This document shows, in pieces, positions 1 to 8,549 of a stretch of DNA of 64,000 nt; the first letter of the stretch is position 1; every line of letters begins with the position of its first letter. The stretch is from positions 198,662-262,661 of the forward strand of contig JAHLLQ010000004.1 of the NCBI GenBank assembly GCA_020444065.1, given 5' to 3'. Origin of the DNA: a bacterium (lineage in GTDB: Bacteria; Sumerlaeota; Sumerlaeia; SLMS01; JAHLLQ01). Made by a program: the position numbers and the translations under genes. The notes under the pieces are model-generated. The model was given only the letters and a program-made list of their open reading frames with translations, did not search any database and was not told where the DNA came from.

Positions 1-436
1 CCAATCCTGGGACTCGGTGCCGCCGGCGCCGGAGTGAATATCCACGAAGCACGGCAGCTTGTCCTCGTCGGACGTCAGCAGCGTCTGGATCTCCAGCTTC
101 TCGTAGCGGGCGACGAGATCGTCGGTCAGGGCGGACAACGCCTCGGCGTCTTCCGAATCCTCCTGGCCTTCTTCCTTCAGAAGCTCGGCCATTTCGAGAT
201 TCTCGGTGGCCTCGCTCTCCAGCGTCTCCCAAGGCTCGATGCCGGCCTTCAGATCGTTCAACTGGCGCATCAGCTTCTGCGCGCGCTCGGCTTCGTTCCA
301 GAACTCCGGGTGTTGGGTTTCTATCTCGAGGGATTCGATCTGCTGCTTCTTTCCCTCGAAGTCAAAGAAACCTCCTGTTTTGGACGCAGGAGTCCTTGAT
401 TTCACGCAACTTGGTAATCGTCTCAGACAAAGTCAT
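1..436 (-). CDS. prfB: peptide chain release factor 2, partial (C-terminal part lies beyond window start); needs programmed +1 frameshift. Frame 0 = 436..365 (24 codons MTLSETITKLREIKDSCVQNRRFL, then in-frame TGA at 364..362); +1 frame continues from 363 to <1
   Basis: Reverse strand read by hand: ATG at 436..434, 24 codons, then CTT TGA C. Shifting +1 after CTT gives DFEGKKQQIESLEIETQHPEFWNEAERAQKL...DIHSGAGGTESQDW, which matches the RF2 N-terminal region as I recall it (E. coli RF2 ...DYDAKKERLEEV...WNEPERAQAL...). Track ORF 362..1051(-) ends in ...NRRFL, confirming the frame-0 stop. Confidence 0.9.
361..376 (-). other. programmed +1 ribosomal frameshift site of prfB: SD-like AGGAGG (376..371), 3-nt spacer TTT, slippery CTT (367..365), in-frame stop TGA (364..362), then C (361)
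   Basis: Reverse-strand sequence AAACAGGAGGTTTCTTTGAC; same architecture as the E. coli RF2 autoregulatory site AGGGGG-TAT-CTT-TGA-C. Confidence 0.85.
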
Positions 437-613
437 CGGGGGTCTCTCTTTCTTGATCGGCCCTGAATATCCAGGGGCGGCGAATCGTAGAGGCAAGAGG
501 CGGACCAAAGCAAGGGCGGAGAATTCCCGACAGCATCTAGCCCTGACGCGGCTCCAAACCTGTCCCACAATCTCCTTCGTATCCAGTTTCATTCGGGGAC
601 GAGGAGGAAGTCG

Positions 614-1213
614 ATGAAGAGCCTGGCATTCACGCTTGCTATCATTGCCGCAATTGCCCTGGCGCTGCTCATCAACCACAGCGCGAAGATCTTCTACACG
701 CCAGGTTTGGCCGACGACGACAAGGCGATTCGAGGACTCGTCCAACGCTACTACAGTCATCTGCGCGCCGACGAGTTCGAGCAGGCGGCTTTGTGCTACG
801 AGCCATCGGCATTCCTGGGCGTTCCATTCTCTGGCGCCGAGGCACTGAAGGCAGCCAAAGAACTGAGCGGAGAGATTCCCGAAGAAATCAGCGTCGAAGC
901 GCTGCGCATCAACGGAACGACGGCCTTCGGTGAAATCGTGATTCAACGCGATGGAATCGGTCCGGTCAGCATACAGATGACCGACTCCGAGGGGAACCGA
1001 ATCGGCACCTGGGCGCGCACGTTGCACTTCGTGAAACTCAACAACGGCCAATGGCGCATCGCCAAGGACGACGACCAGGCCCTGGAATTGGACCTGGACT
1101 CGACGTCAGGGGTATTGAATGTCGCGCGGCAATACCTGAACGATCCAGCCAACAAAGACGAGATTCAGCGAGCGATCCAAGGCGCCAGTCAGCAGGCAGG
1201 CACTGCGGAATAG
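614..1213 (+). CDS. membrane-anchored NTF2-like / SnoaL-like (DUF4440-like) protein, hypothetical
   Basis: Track ORF 199 aa; strong RBS GAGGAGGAAG 4 nt before ATG; N-terminal hydrophobic helix (LAFTLAIIAAIALALLI); NTF2-fold-like composition. Family assignment is an impression, not a search result. Confidence 0.5.
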   Translation: MKSLAFTLAIIAAIALALLINHSAKIFYTPGLADDDKAIRGLVQRYYSHLRADEFEQAALCYEPSAFLGVPFSGAEALKAAKELSGEIPEEISVEALRINGTTAFGEIVIQRDGIGPVSIQMTDSEGNRIGTWARTLHFVKLNNGQWRIAKDDDQALELDLDSTSGVLNVARQYLNDPANKDEIQRAIQGASQQAGTAE

Positions 1214-1223
1214 GTCTCAGTCC

Positions 1224-1907
1224 TCACGGCCGCGGGTGGATGATCACCAACTCGTTCGGAAGTTCATTCTTATCGTCCGGTTGGATGGGAAGCATTTCAG
1301 CCAGTTTGCCTTTTGCTTCGGCAATCGTTTGCGTGAAGGTCTCGGCGCGGCGGCCGGCGCGGAGTTGTTCGACGGCCAGATCGCGCAGGCTGTCCAGGAA
1401 GTCCTGTCCGACCTTTTCCGCCAAAGCATGGTCCGCGAGCACCACGACGCGGCGCTCGAAGAGCGAAAGGTACACGAGAATACCGCCGCGCAGTTCCGTG
1501 CAGGCCAATCGCCGCGATCCGAAGACATGCGACGCCGCCCGGGTAACCTCCGCGATCATTTCCTTCTCGCCAACGAAGAGCCGTCGCAGCAGGTGGACGT
1601 AGCTGGCAATGACGGAACCGGCGATGAATCCGAGCGTAACCGCCACGGCCTGCCAGCCGAACCCGATTCCGCTTGGCGAACCGAAGTTGCCGAGCGCGCC
1701 GCCTTCGCGCGAGAAGTCGATGAAGTTCACGCCGCCCAATACGACCAACGCCGCGATCAGGCCGCAGATCGACTCCGCGCGATCATAGCGGCCGGACTCG
1801 GTCGAGATCGCGCAAACGATCTCCGCGGCTGTGGCCTTCTCCGCCTCCGCGACGGCCTCTTCGACCTCGCGCTTCTGATTGCTGTTCAAGAAACTCTGAG
1901 CATTCAT
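1224..1907 (-). CDS. TPM-domain protein (putative), membrane-associated
   Basis: Track ORF 227 aa; N-terminal motif EVEEAVAEAEKATAAEIV resembles the TPM signature; hydrophobic segment; sits just downstream of a second TPM-like gene on the same strand. Confidence 0.5.
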   Translation of the reverse strand: MNAQSFLNSNQKREVEEAVAEAEKATAAEIVCAISTESGRYDRAESICGLIAALVVLGGVNFIDFSREGGALGNFGSPSGIGFGWQAVAVTLGFIAGSVIASYVHLLRRLFVGEKEMIAEVTRAASHVFGSRRLACTELRGGILVYLSLFERRVVVLADHALAEKVGQDFLDSLRDLAVEQLRAGRRAETFTQTIAEAKGKLAEMLPIQPDDKNELPNELVIIHPRP

Positions 1908-1941
1908 GCGTCCATGCCTTTGTCAGGTCGATGGGTTGTGA

Positions 1942-2790
1942 TTACCAGGAGCCGGTGGCTCCGCCGCCGCCGGAGAAGCCTCCGCCGAAACCGCCACTGC
2001 TGCCGAAGCCGCCGCCACCTCGGCTGCGCACGAAGACGGCCAGTATGCCGACGATGATCCAGGAACAGAACGCCATCGCCAGCAGCACTCCACCGGCGAT
2101 GAGCAGCTTCGAGCGGTACTCCGGGAAGAAGATCGCGAGGATCATCAGGAAAACCCCAAGTCCCGCCATCAGGAGAATGATGAAGAACGGGAAGAAGCTG
2201 AATGTCTGAACATCCTGGCCGAGTTGTGTGCTCTCAAGGCGATCGAAGAAATCCTGCTGCGGCAACGTCTCGGGATCCTGCGCGGCAAAGGCGCCCAGCT
2301 TGGCAACCCCCGCGACGATCCCGCCGGAGTAGTCGCCGGTCTTGAATCTCGGAATGATGTCGGTCTGCATGACCTGGTTCGCCGCATAGTCCCACCGCGA
2401 ACCCCAATCGGCCCCGAGTTCGATCCGCGCCTTTCGATCGCCCAGCGACACCAACAACAGGATTCCCTTGTTTCCCCCCGGCGCTTTCGAGCCGATTCCC
2501 CACGAATCGAACCAGTCGCGGGCGAAATCCTCGATGCTCTCACCGCTGCTGCCGTACTGGGCCATCGAGTTGATTGTCACGACAACAATCGGGACATCGT
2601 GCTCCTCGTAGGCCTGACGCTGGATGTTTCCGAGGACGCCGATGTCCTGACGTGTCAGGAGATTGGCGTAATCATTCACAAACGAGTCGTCGGTCGGGAC
2701 GGGCGGAATCTGCGCCGCGGCCAGGGCCATTGGGATCAGGAAAGCCAGGGCCAGCACCCAGAAGGCTTTCCTGCAAGAAAATCGTCGCAT
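1942..2790 (-). CDS. TPM-domain protein (YgcG-like), signal peptide, C-terminal TM helix and Gly-rich tail
   Basis: Track ORF 282 aa; signal peptide MRRFSCRKAFWVLALAFLIPMALAAAQ; TM segment FFPFFIILLMAGLGVFLMILAIFF; tail GGGGFGSSGGFGGGFSGGGG typical of YgcG-like TPM proteins. Confidence 0.6.
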   Translation of the reverse strand: MRRFSCRKAFWVLALAFLIPMALAAAQIPPVPTDDSFVNDYANLLTRQDIGVLGNIQRQAYEEHDVPIVVVTINSMAQYGSSGESIEDFARDWFDSWGIGSKAPGGNKGILLLVSLGDRKARIELGADWGSRWDYAANQVMQTDIIPRFKTGDYSGGIVAGVAKLGAFAAQDPETLPQQDFFDRLESTQLGQDVQTFSFFPFFIILLMAGLGVFLMILAIFFPEYRSKLLIAGGVLLAMAFCSWIIVGILAVFVRSRGGGGFGSSGGFGGGFSGGGGATGSW

Positions 2791-3009
2791 AGAGGGTCTC
2801 CAAGAAGGGGGTCAGGTGGCGTGTGTCCCACCTGCACGATCTATAAGAGGTCTCAGTGCCTTTATTCAGAGCGAAGCCCCGCAGAGGGGCAATGCTTTCC
2901 CTGGGCGAGCAGCCGCCATGACCCGAACGGCGCTTGACCGCCGGGCGGCTGGCGTGTTGGTTCGGGGCGCGCCCAAAGGGGCGGTTATTCTATCGAGGAT
3001 GGGCCCGAC

Positions 3010-4122
3010 ATGTCTTCTGTGCTTCCCAATGCAACGTCTCACCGCTGGCCGGGATTGATCGAACGTTACCGCGAGTACCTGCCGGTGACGGACAAGACAC
3101 CGGTCGTGACGCTGCACGAAGGCAACACGCCGTTGATTCACTGCCCCGCGGTCTCCGAACGCGTTGGCAAGGGTGTGAACGTCTTCGTGAAGTACGAAGG
3201 CCTGAACCCGACCGGATCGTTCAAGGACCGCGGCATGACCATGGCCGTGTCGAAGGCCAAGGAGGAAGGCTCGAAGGCAGTGGCTTGCGCATCGACCGGC
3301 AACACGTCTGCATCGGCGGCGGCCTACGCAGCTCGCGCCGGGATGACCTGCGCGGTTCTGATTCCGTCCGGCAAGAACGTTGCCCTCGGCAAACTCGCCC
3401 AGGCCATGATTGCCGGCGCCAAAGTGATCCGCATCGACGGCAACTTCGACGAGGCCCTCGAGTTCGTTCGCGAGGTTTGCGACAACCACCCCATTACGTT
3501 GGTGAATTCGCTGAACCCGTACCGAATCGAAGGGCAGAAGACCGGCTCGTTCGAGATCTGCGAACAGCTTGGCGGCAAGGCCCCGGAGCTCCACTGTATC
3601 CCCGTCGGCAACGCCGGAAACATCACCGCCTATTGGAAGGGCTACACCGAGTTTCACGCGGCCGGCAAGATCCCCGCGACCCCGACGATGTGGGGCTTCC
3701 AGGCAGAGGGCGCCGCACCCATCGTCCGCGGCCACAAGGTCGACAAGCCCGAGACCCTCGCGACCGCGATCCGGATTGGCAATCCCGCCTCCTGGAAACA
3801 GGCGGAAGCGGCACGCGATGAATCCGGCGGCCTGATCGACATGGTGACCGACGCAGAAATCACCGCCGCTTCGAAGTTCCTTGCGACGCGCGAAGGCGTC
3901 TTCTGCGAGCCGGCCTCGGCGGCTTCCGTCGCGGGGCTGATGAAGAAAGCCGAAGCGGGCCTCGTGGAACCGCTGGTGAAGGAATACGGCGAATTGAACG
4001 TCGTCTGTATCCTGACCGGGCACGGCCTGAAGGACCCCGACTTCGCGATCGGCAACACCGGGGGACTGATCGACATTCCGGCCAGCATGGATGCCGTGCT
4101 GGAGGTCCTTGGGCTGGACTGA
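3010..4122 (+). CDS. thrC: threonine synthase
   Basis: Track ORF 370 aa; PLP-lysine motif GSFKDRG; overall fold-type II PLP enzyme resemblance to ThrC. Confidence 0.92.
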   Translation: MSSVLPNATSHRWPGLIERYREYLPVTDKTPVVTLHEGNTPLIHCPAVSERVGKGVNVFVKYEGLNPTGSFKDRGMTMAVSKAKEEGSKAVACASTGNTSASAAAYAARAGMTCAVLIPSGKNVALGKLAQAMIAGAKVIRIDGNFDEALEFVREVCDNHPITLVNSLNPYRIEGQKTGSFEICEQLGGKAPELHCIPVGNAGNITAYWKGYTEFHAAGKIPATPTMWGFQAEGAAPIVRGHKVDKPETLATAIRIGNPASWKQAEAARDESGGLIDMVTDAEITAASKFLATREGVFCEPASAASVAGLMKKAEAGLVEPLVKEYGELNVVCILTGHGLKDPDFAIGNTGGLIDIPASMDAVLEVLGLD

Positions 4123-4155
4123 TCGCCGGGCGAAACCTCACAAAAGTCTGTCGTA

Positions 4156-4197
4156 CCAGGGCCCGCGGGAAATGTTCCGCGGGCCCTGGTTTGTGTG
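4156..4197 (+). terminator. rho-independent terminator downstream of thrC
   Basis: 15-bp stem CCAGGGCCCGCGGGA / TTCCGCGGGCCCTGG (one G-U pair), 4-nt loop AATG, followed by TTTGTGTG; 34 nt after the thrC stop. Confidence 0.75.
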
Positions 4198-4374
4198 ATC
4201 GAAGCGGCGCAATCCATCCCGCGACTATGACTCTTCTCCAAAAATCGGTCCAAAAATGCTAAATCTCAATTTCCGAATTGTTGGAAATATCGGTCAAAAT
4301 ATGGCCAAAATGGGCATGTTTTGACCAAATAAAGCGCTCAAAGTAGGTTCACCAAATATTAACACAAAATATCG

Positions 4375-4403
4375 TTGACTACACCACGCGCGCTATGCAT
4401 ATT
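4375..4403 (+). promoter_or_regulatory. putative sigma70-like promoter of the nuclease gene (-35 TTGACT, 17-nt spacer, -10 CATATT)
   Basis: Hexamers read directly in the AT-rich island about 55 nt upstream of the GTG start at 4458; 5/6 and 4/6 match to consensus. Confidence 0.4.
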
Positions 4404-4457
4404 CCTCTGTTCTACTGAAGGCAGGCGAAAAATTTTCTCTCGGAAGGAGAAGGCGCC

Positions 4458-7079
4458 GTGACCCCCCATGAGTCATTAGCTTCTCGCGCACATTCGATGC
4501 GCACCCTCTGCAGTACTCTTCTGGTTCTTTCCCTCACATTCCTCATGTCGAGTCTGGCCCTGGCGGATGAATACGATCCCCCTTCCGGCTACTATGATTC
4601 GGCATCCGGACTCACCGGAAGCGCTCTCAAGAACGCTCTCCACAACATCATCGACGATCACACGAAGCTCTCCTACACGCCCGGCGTGTGGACGGCTCTG
4701 CGTGAAATCGATCAGGACCCCAGCAATTCCAACAACATCCTCGACCTGTACTCGAACCGCTCGATCCCCAAGACCGATCAGGATGGCTCGAGCAGCGCGA
4801 CCTACGTTTGGAACCGCGAGCACTCGTTCCCGAAGTCGTTCGGCTTCAACTACGAGAGCTGGCCCCCCTACACCGACGTTCATCACCTGTTTGCGTGCGA
4901 GAAGAACATCAACTCGACCCGCAACAACCACTATTTCGACTGGGCAACCGGTGGCACCGAGTACGCGGTCGTAGGCACGACCGACGTCAACAAACTGCTC
5001 GGCGACGCTTTCGAGCCCTGGGATGGACGCAAGGGCGACGTGGCCCGCGCGCTCTTCTATATGGACACCCGCTACAATGGCGACCAGTCCAACGAGCCGG
5101 ATCTGTCCCTGGATGATGGCCAGCCCGTAACCGGCGAACCCCACATGGCGAAGATCAGCACACTGCTCGAGTGGCACGCGCTTGACCCCGTCGTGCAGTG
5201 GGACCGCCGCCGCAATCACTTGGTCTACACGAACTACCAGCATAACCGTAATCCGTACGTCGACCATCCGGAATACGTTTGCTCCGTTTACGGCGGAGCA
5301 GCCTGCAGTGGCCCGACGCCGACTCCGACCGCTACGACAACGGCCAGCCCGACGCCGACCCCGACGCCGACCCCGACGTCGACCGGTGGCACGTTGACCA
5401 GCGGCGTGACGGTCAGCGATTCCGTCGCCCAGGGCGCCTGGGATCACTACTCGATTTACGTTCCGGCCGGTGCGACTCAGTTGCAGGTCGTCATGACCGG
5501 CACCAACGATGCCGACGTCTACGTCAAGCAAGGCAGCCAGCCGTCCTCGAGCAGTTGGGACTTCCGTCCGTACGTCAACGGCTCGAGCGAGACCGTGACG
5601 GTCAACAGCAGCTCCAACCCGACGCTTGTTGCCGGCAGCATGTACTACGTTTCGGTTTATGGCTACAGCTCGTCGACCTCGTCCTACTCGCTGACGGCGA
5701 CGGTCACCGGATCGTCCACCCCGACGCCGAGCCCGACGGCGACGGCCACGGCCACCGCGAGCCCGACGCCTTCGAGCGCCGCGAACCTGTTCTTCACCGA
5801 GTACGTTGAAGGCTCCAGCTACAACAAGGCCGTCGAGATCTACAACGGCAGCGGCTCCTCGGTCAGCCTCTCCGGCTGGTCCGTGCAAGTGTTCTTCAAC
5901 GGCGGCACCTCCGCCGGTTCGACGATCAACCTGTCCGGCACGCTGGCCGCGGGTGATGTCTACGTCATCGCCGACGATAGCTCCGTTTCCGCTCTGACGA
6001 GCGTTTCGGATATGCTGTTCTCCAACAGTTCCTGGAACGGCGACGATGCCGTGGCCCTGGTTTACAGCGGCACCACCGTCGACGTGATTGGCCGCATCGG
6101 CCAGGATCCGGGCAGCGCCTGGAGCGCCAACGGCGTCAGCACGCAGGACCAGACGCTGCGTCGCAAGTCCACGGTGACCTCCGGCGACTCCAACGGCACC
6201 GACACGTTTGATCCGAGTGTCCAGTGGATTGCCTACAGCATTGACGACTTCTCGAATCTGGGAACCGCCGGCAGCACGTCGCCGACCCCGTCTCCGACGC
6301 CTACGCCGACACCCAGCCCGAGCCCAAGCCCGACGGCTTCTCCGTCGCCCTCGCCGACGCCGAGCTCCGGCGGACTGACCAGTGGCGTGACGATCAGTGA
6401 CAGCGTCGCCAATGGCGCCTGGGATCACTACACGATCTACGTCCCGTCGAATGCGACCCAGTTGCAGATCGTCATGACGGGCAACAACGACGCCGATCTG
6501 TACGTCAAGAGCGGCAGCCAGCCGACCGCCAGTTCCTGGGACTTCCGTCCTTACGTTGGTGGCTCGAGCGAGACCGTGACGATCAACAGCAGTTCCAGCC
6601 CGGCGCTGAACACTGGCGTGACCTATTACATCTCCGTGTACGGCTACGCTTCGGCGACCTCGTCCTACACGCTGACCCCGACGATCACGACGAGTTCCGC
6701 CACGCCGAGCCCGACACCTTCTCCCACCCCGACGGCGACAGCGACATCCACTCCAACCGGTGGCGACATGACGAGCGGCGTGACGATCAGTGAGAGCGTT
6801 GCGTACCATTCCTGGACGCACCACTCGATCTACGTGCCCGCCGGCTCGAGCCAGTTGCAGGTTGTTATGACCGGCAGTGGCGATGGCGACGTCTACGTGA
6901 AGCAAGGCAGCCAGCCGACATCGAGCAGTTGGGACTTCCGGCCGTACGCCTGGGGTTCGAGCGAGACGGTGACGGTGAATGGCAGCTCCAGCCCATCGCT
7001 GGTGGCCGGCAGCATGTACTACATTTCGGTGTATGGATACGAGGCATCCAGCATCAACCTGACGGCGACAATCAACTAG
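4458..7079 (+). CDS. secreted multi-domain nuclease: signal peptide, endonuclease I-family domain, PPC module 1, lamin-tail domain (LTD), PPC modules 2 and 3, joined by Pro/Thr-rich linkers
   Basis: Track ORF 873 aa; RBS GGAGAAGG before GTG 4458 (alternative ATG at 4497 gives MRTLCSTLLVLSL... signal peptide); endonuclease-I-like region (VWNREHSFPKS, ARALFYMD); LTD-like region (ANLFFTEYVEGSSYNKAVEIYNGSG...GDVYVIADD); three about 105-aa modules of the type GVT(V/I)SDSVA...W(D/T)H(Y/H)(S/T)IYVP...DVYVK.GSQP...SWDFRPY resembling pre-peptidase C-terminal domains. Confidence 0.8.
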   Translation: MTPHESLASRAHSMRTLCSTLLVLSLTFLMSSLALADEYDPPSGYYDSASGLTGSALKNALHNIIDDHTKLSYTPGVWTALREIDQDPSNSNNILDLYSNRSIPKTDQDGSSSATYVWNREHSFPKSFGFNYESWPPYTDVHHLFACEKNINSTRNNHYFDWATGGTEYAVVGTTDVNKLLGDAFEPWDGRKGDVARALFYMDTRYNGDQSNEPDLSLDDGQPVTGEPHMAKISTLLEWHALDPVVQWDRRRNHLVYTNYQHNRNPYVDHPEYVCSVYGGAACSGPTPTPTATTTASPTPTPTPTPTSTGGTLTSGVTVSDSVAQGAWDHYSIYVPAGATQLQVVMTGTNDADVYVKQGSQPSSSSWDFRPYVNGSSETVTVNSSSNPTLVAGSMYYVSVYGYSSSTSSYSLTATVTGSSTPTPSPTATATATASPTPSSAANLFFTEYVEGSSYNKAVEIYNGSGSSVSLSGWSVQVFFNGGTSAGSTINLSGTLAAGDVYVIADDSSVSALTSVSDMLFSNSSWNGDDAVALVYSGTTVDVIGRIGQDPGSAWSANGVSTQDQTLRRKSTVTSGDSNGTDTFDPSVQWIAYSIDDFSNLGTAGSTSPTPSPTPTPTPSPSPSPTASPSPSPTPSSGGLTSGVTISDSVANGAWDHYTIYVPSNATQLQIVMTGNNDADLYVKSGSQPTASSWDFRPYVGGSSETVTINSSSSPALNTGVTYYISVYGYASATSSYTLTPTITTSSATPSPTPSPTPTATATSTPTGGDMTSGVTISESVAYHSWTHHSIYVPAGSSQLQVVMTGSGDGDVYVKQGSQPTSSSWDFRPYAWGSSETVTVNGSSSPSLVAGSMYYISVYGYEASSINLTATIN
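5390..7076 (+). repeat. three diverged tandem coding modules (about 5390-5700, 6360-6680, 6765-7076; roughly 80-85% nt identity by eye) plus CCGACGCCGAC-type Pro/Thr-linker microrepeats inside the nuclease gene
   Basis: Hand alignment of the DNA encoding the three PPC-like modules shows long shared stretches (e.g. ggcgtgacg.tcag.ga.agcgt.gcc...gggacttccg.cc.tacg...ggctcgagcgagac.gtgacg). Confidence 0.7.
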
Positions 7080-7128
7080 GCTTTCCCCCCGACTAGCCTT
7101 CGGTTGTCCTCCCTGAGGGACCCGACCG

Positions 7129-7172
7129 CCGCCCCGCCGAATTTCCCCCCTCGGCGGGGCGGGGTTCTTTTT
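7129..7172 (+). terminator. rho-independent terminator downstream of the nuclease gene
   Basis: 12-bp perfect stem CCGCCCCGCCGA / TCGGCGGGGCGG, loop ATTTCCCCCC, followed by GGTTCTTTTT. Confidence 0.75.
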
Positions 7173-7258
7173 AGAGGAAGCCGTATCGCGCCCCTGCGCT
7201 TGACTTCCGCTCAATCATTGGCCCCAGTAGTGTCATATGCTCCAGGGAGTTCGAGTCC

Positions 7259-7828
7259 ATGTCGAGTGAGTCCGTCCCGCGCCTTCAGCCCTCGTTGGAG
7301 ACCAGGCGCCTTATTCTCCGCCCGTTCGCGCTCACCGATGCGCCAGAGGTGCAGACGCTGGCGGGGGAGCGTGAGATCGCTGAGACAACTCTCAACATCC
7401 CCTTCCCGTACGAGGATGGCCTGGCCGACCAGTGGATTCGCACGCACCGTCGCGACTTCGAGCAGGGACGGGTTGCGATCTTCGCGATCGTGCGCCAGAG
7501 CGATGGTCTGCTGATCGGTGCGATCGGGTTTGTGCTAACGCTCAATCATGGTCACGGCGAACTCGGCTACTGGATCGGGCGTCCTTTCTGGAACAAAGGC
7601 TACTGCAGCGAAGCCGCTGAGGAGATGTTGCGTTACGGCTTCGAGGAATTGAATCTCCACCGCATCCATGCGCACCACTTCACACGCAACCCGGCTTCCG
7701 GGCGCGTGATGGAGAAGATCGGTATGCAGCACGAAGGGCGCATGCGCGAGCACGTCAAGAAGTGGGATCACTTCGAGGATATTGAGATTTACGGTATACT
7801 GCGGAGTGAATTCGAGCGTCGCGCCTAG
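7259..7828 (+). CDS. GNAT family N-acetyltransferase (RimJ/RimL-like)
   Basis: Track ORF 189 aa; typical RimL-like pattern (RLILRPFALTDAPEV...; acetyl-CoA-binding-like core GYWIGRPFWNKGYCSEAAEEMLRYGFEEL). Confidence 0.85.
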   Translation: MSSESVPRLQPSLETRRLILRPFALTDAPEVQTLAGEREIAETTLNIPFPYEDGLADQWIRTHRRDFEQGRVAIFAIVRQSDGLLIGAIGFVLTLNHGHGELGYWIGRPFWNKGYCSEAAEEMLRYGFEELNLHRIHAHHFTRNPASGRVMEKIGMQHEGRMREHVKKWDHFEDIEIYGILRSEFERRA

Positions 7829-8511
7829 TCGGCACTTGGGATCAGGATTCGGCCACCCAATCCCGCGGCGATTTCCATCAGAATCCAACTCGCATACGGC
7901 ACCGCATCAGGACGCACGCCAAACAGCGACACGATGAACGGGGTCTCCGTCCCTAGTTTCTCTGCGCCATATCGTTCGAGAAAGTGCGCGCGGAATCGGA
8001 CGTTACGCCAGTCGCTGAAGCGATAGGGAATTTCGGCCGTGAATCGATTCGGGTCGGGGGATTTCCAGTCCTTTACAAACTGCCACAGTGGGCCGAAACG
8101 TTCCGCGTGAAGTTCCTCGAACGCGGCGAGGTACTCCAACCAGCGGTGCGAGAGGTCCTTCGAGAGATCGTCTGGCAGCGTGAACTCCACGACAATTCCC
8201 ATGCCGTCATCATTGTCACCGCAGAATGGATTGGGCGTCTCGTTGGGGAATGCGCCATCCACATCCACCAGAGTTTTCGAGATTGTCTGGGAATCGAGAT
8301 CGGGATTCAGATCGAGATCGAGCCCCGCCAGTCGGTCGAGCGATGCGCTGCCGAGTTGCCAGGTAACGCTCGAATCCGACATCGCGCGATGGTGCAGCAA
8401 CCGCGCGGGGAAATCCATATACGCGCGCAGATCGCTCGCAACATAGCACAGTACTTCCGGGCTATCCTGGGGGGTCCAGCCTTCGTCGATGATCAGGCGA
8501 TCCATGTGCAC
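7825..8511 (-). CDS. hypothetical protein (acidic, cytoplasmic-looking)
   Basis: Track ORF 228 aa with protein-like composition; its stop overlaps the GNAT stop by 4 bp (convergent). No family recognised. Confidence 0.5.
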   Translation of the reverse strand: MHMDRLIIDEGWTPQDSPEVLCYVASDLRAYMDFPARLLHHRAMSDSSVTWQLGSASLDRLAGLDLDLNPDLDSQTISKTLVDVDGAFPNETPNPFCGDNDDGMGIVVEFTLPDDLSKDLSHRWLEYLAAFEELHAERFGPLWQFVKDWKSPDPNRFTAEIPYRFSDWRNVRFRAHFLERYGAEKLGTETPFIVSLFGVRPDAVPYASWILMEIAAGLGGRILIPSAD

Positions 8512-8549
8512 CGTCGGGCCACCTTCCCGCCCGGCGGTTCGTCCAGGCG

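Noticed and set aside
34-399. 121-aa plus-strand ORF at the window start
   Set aside because: It is the antisense of prfB; the minus strand encodes a clear RF2 sequence.
2866-4023. 385-aa minus-strand ORF
   Set aside because: Antisense to thrC; Arg-rich, no recognisable features.
5300-6780. Short direct repeats (CCGACGCCGAC-type) that could be mistaken for a CRISPR-like array
   Set aside because: They are in-frame Pro/Thr linker codons inside a protein-coding gene, irregularly spaced, with no cas genes nearby.
4476-7214. 912-aa ORF on the minus strand, antisense to the nuclease gene
   Set aside because: Arg/Gly/Ala-rich low-complexity translation typical of the reverse frame of GC-rich coding DNA with Pro/Thr linker repeats; the plus-strand gene has clear domains.
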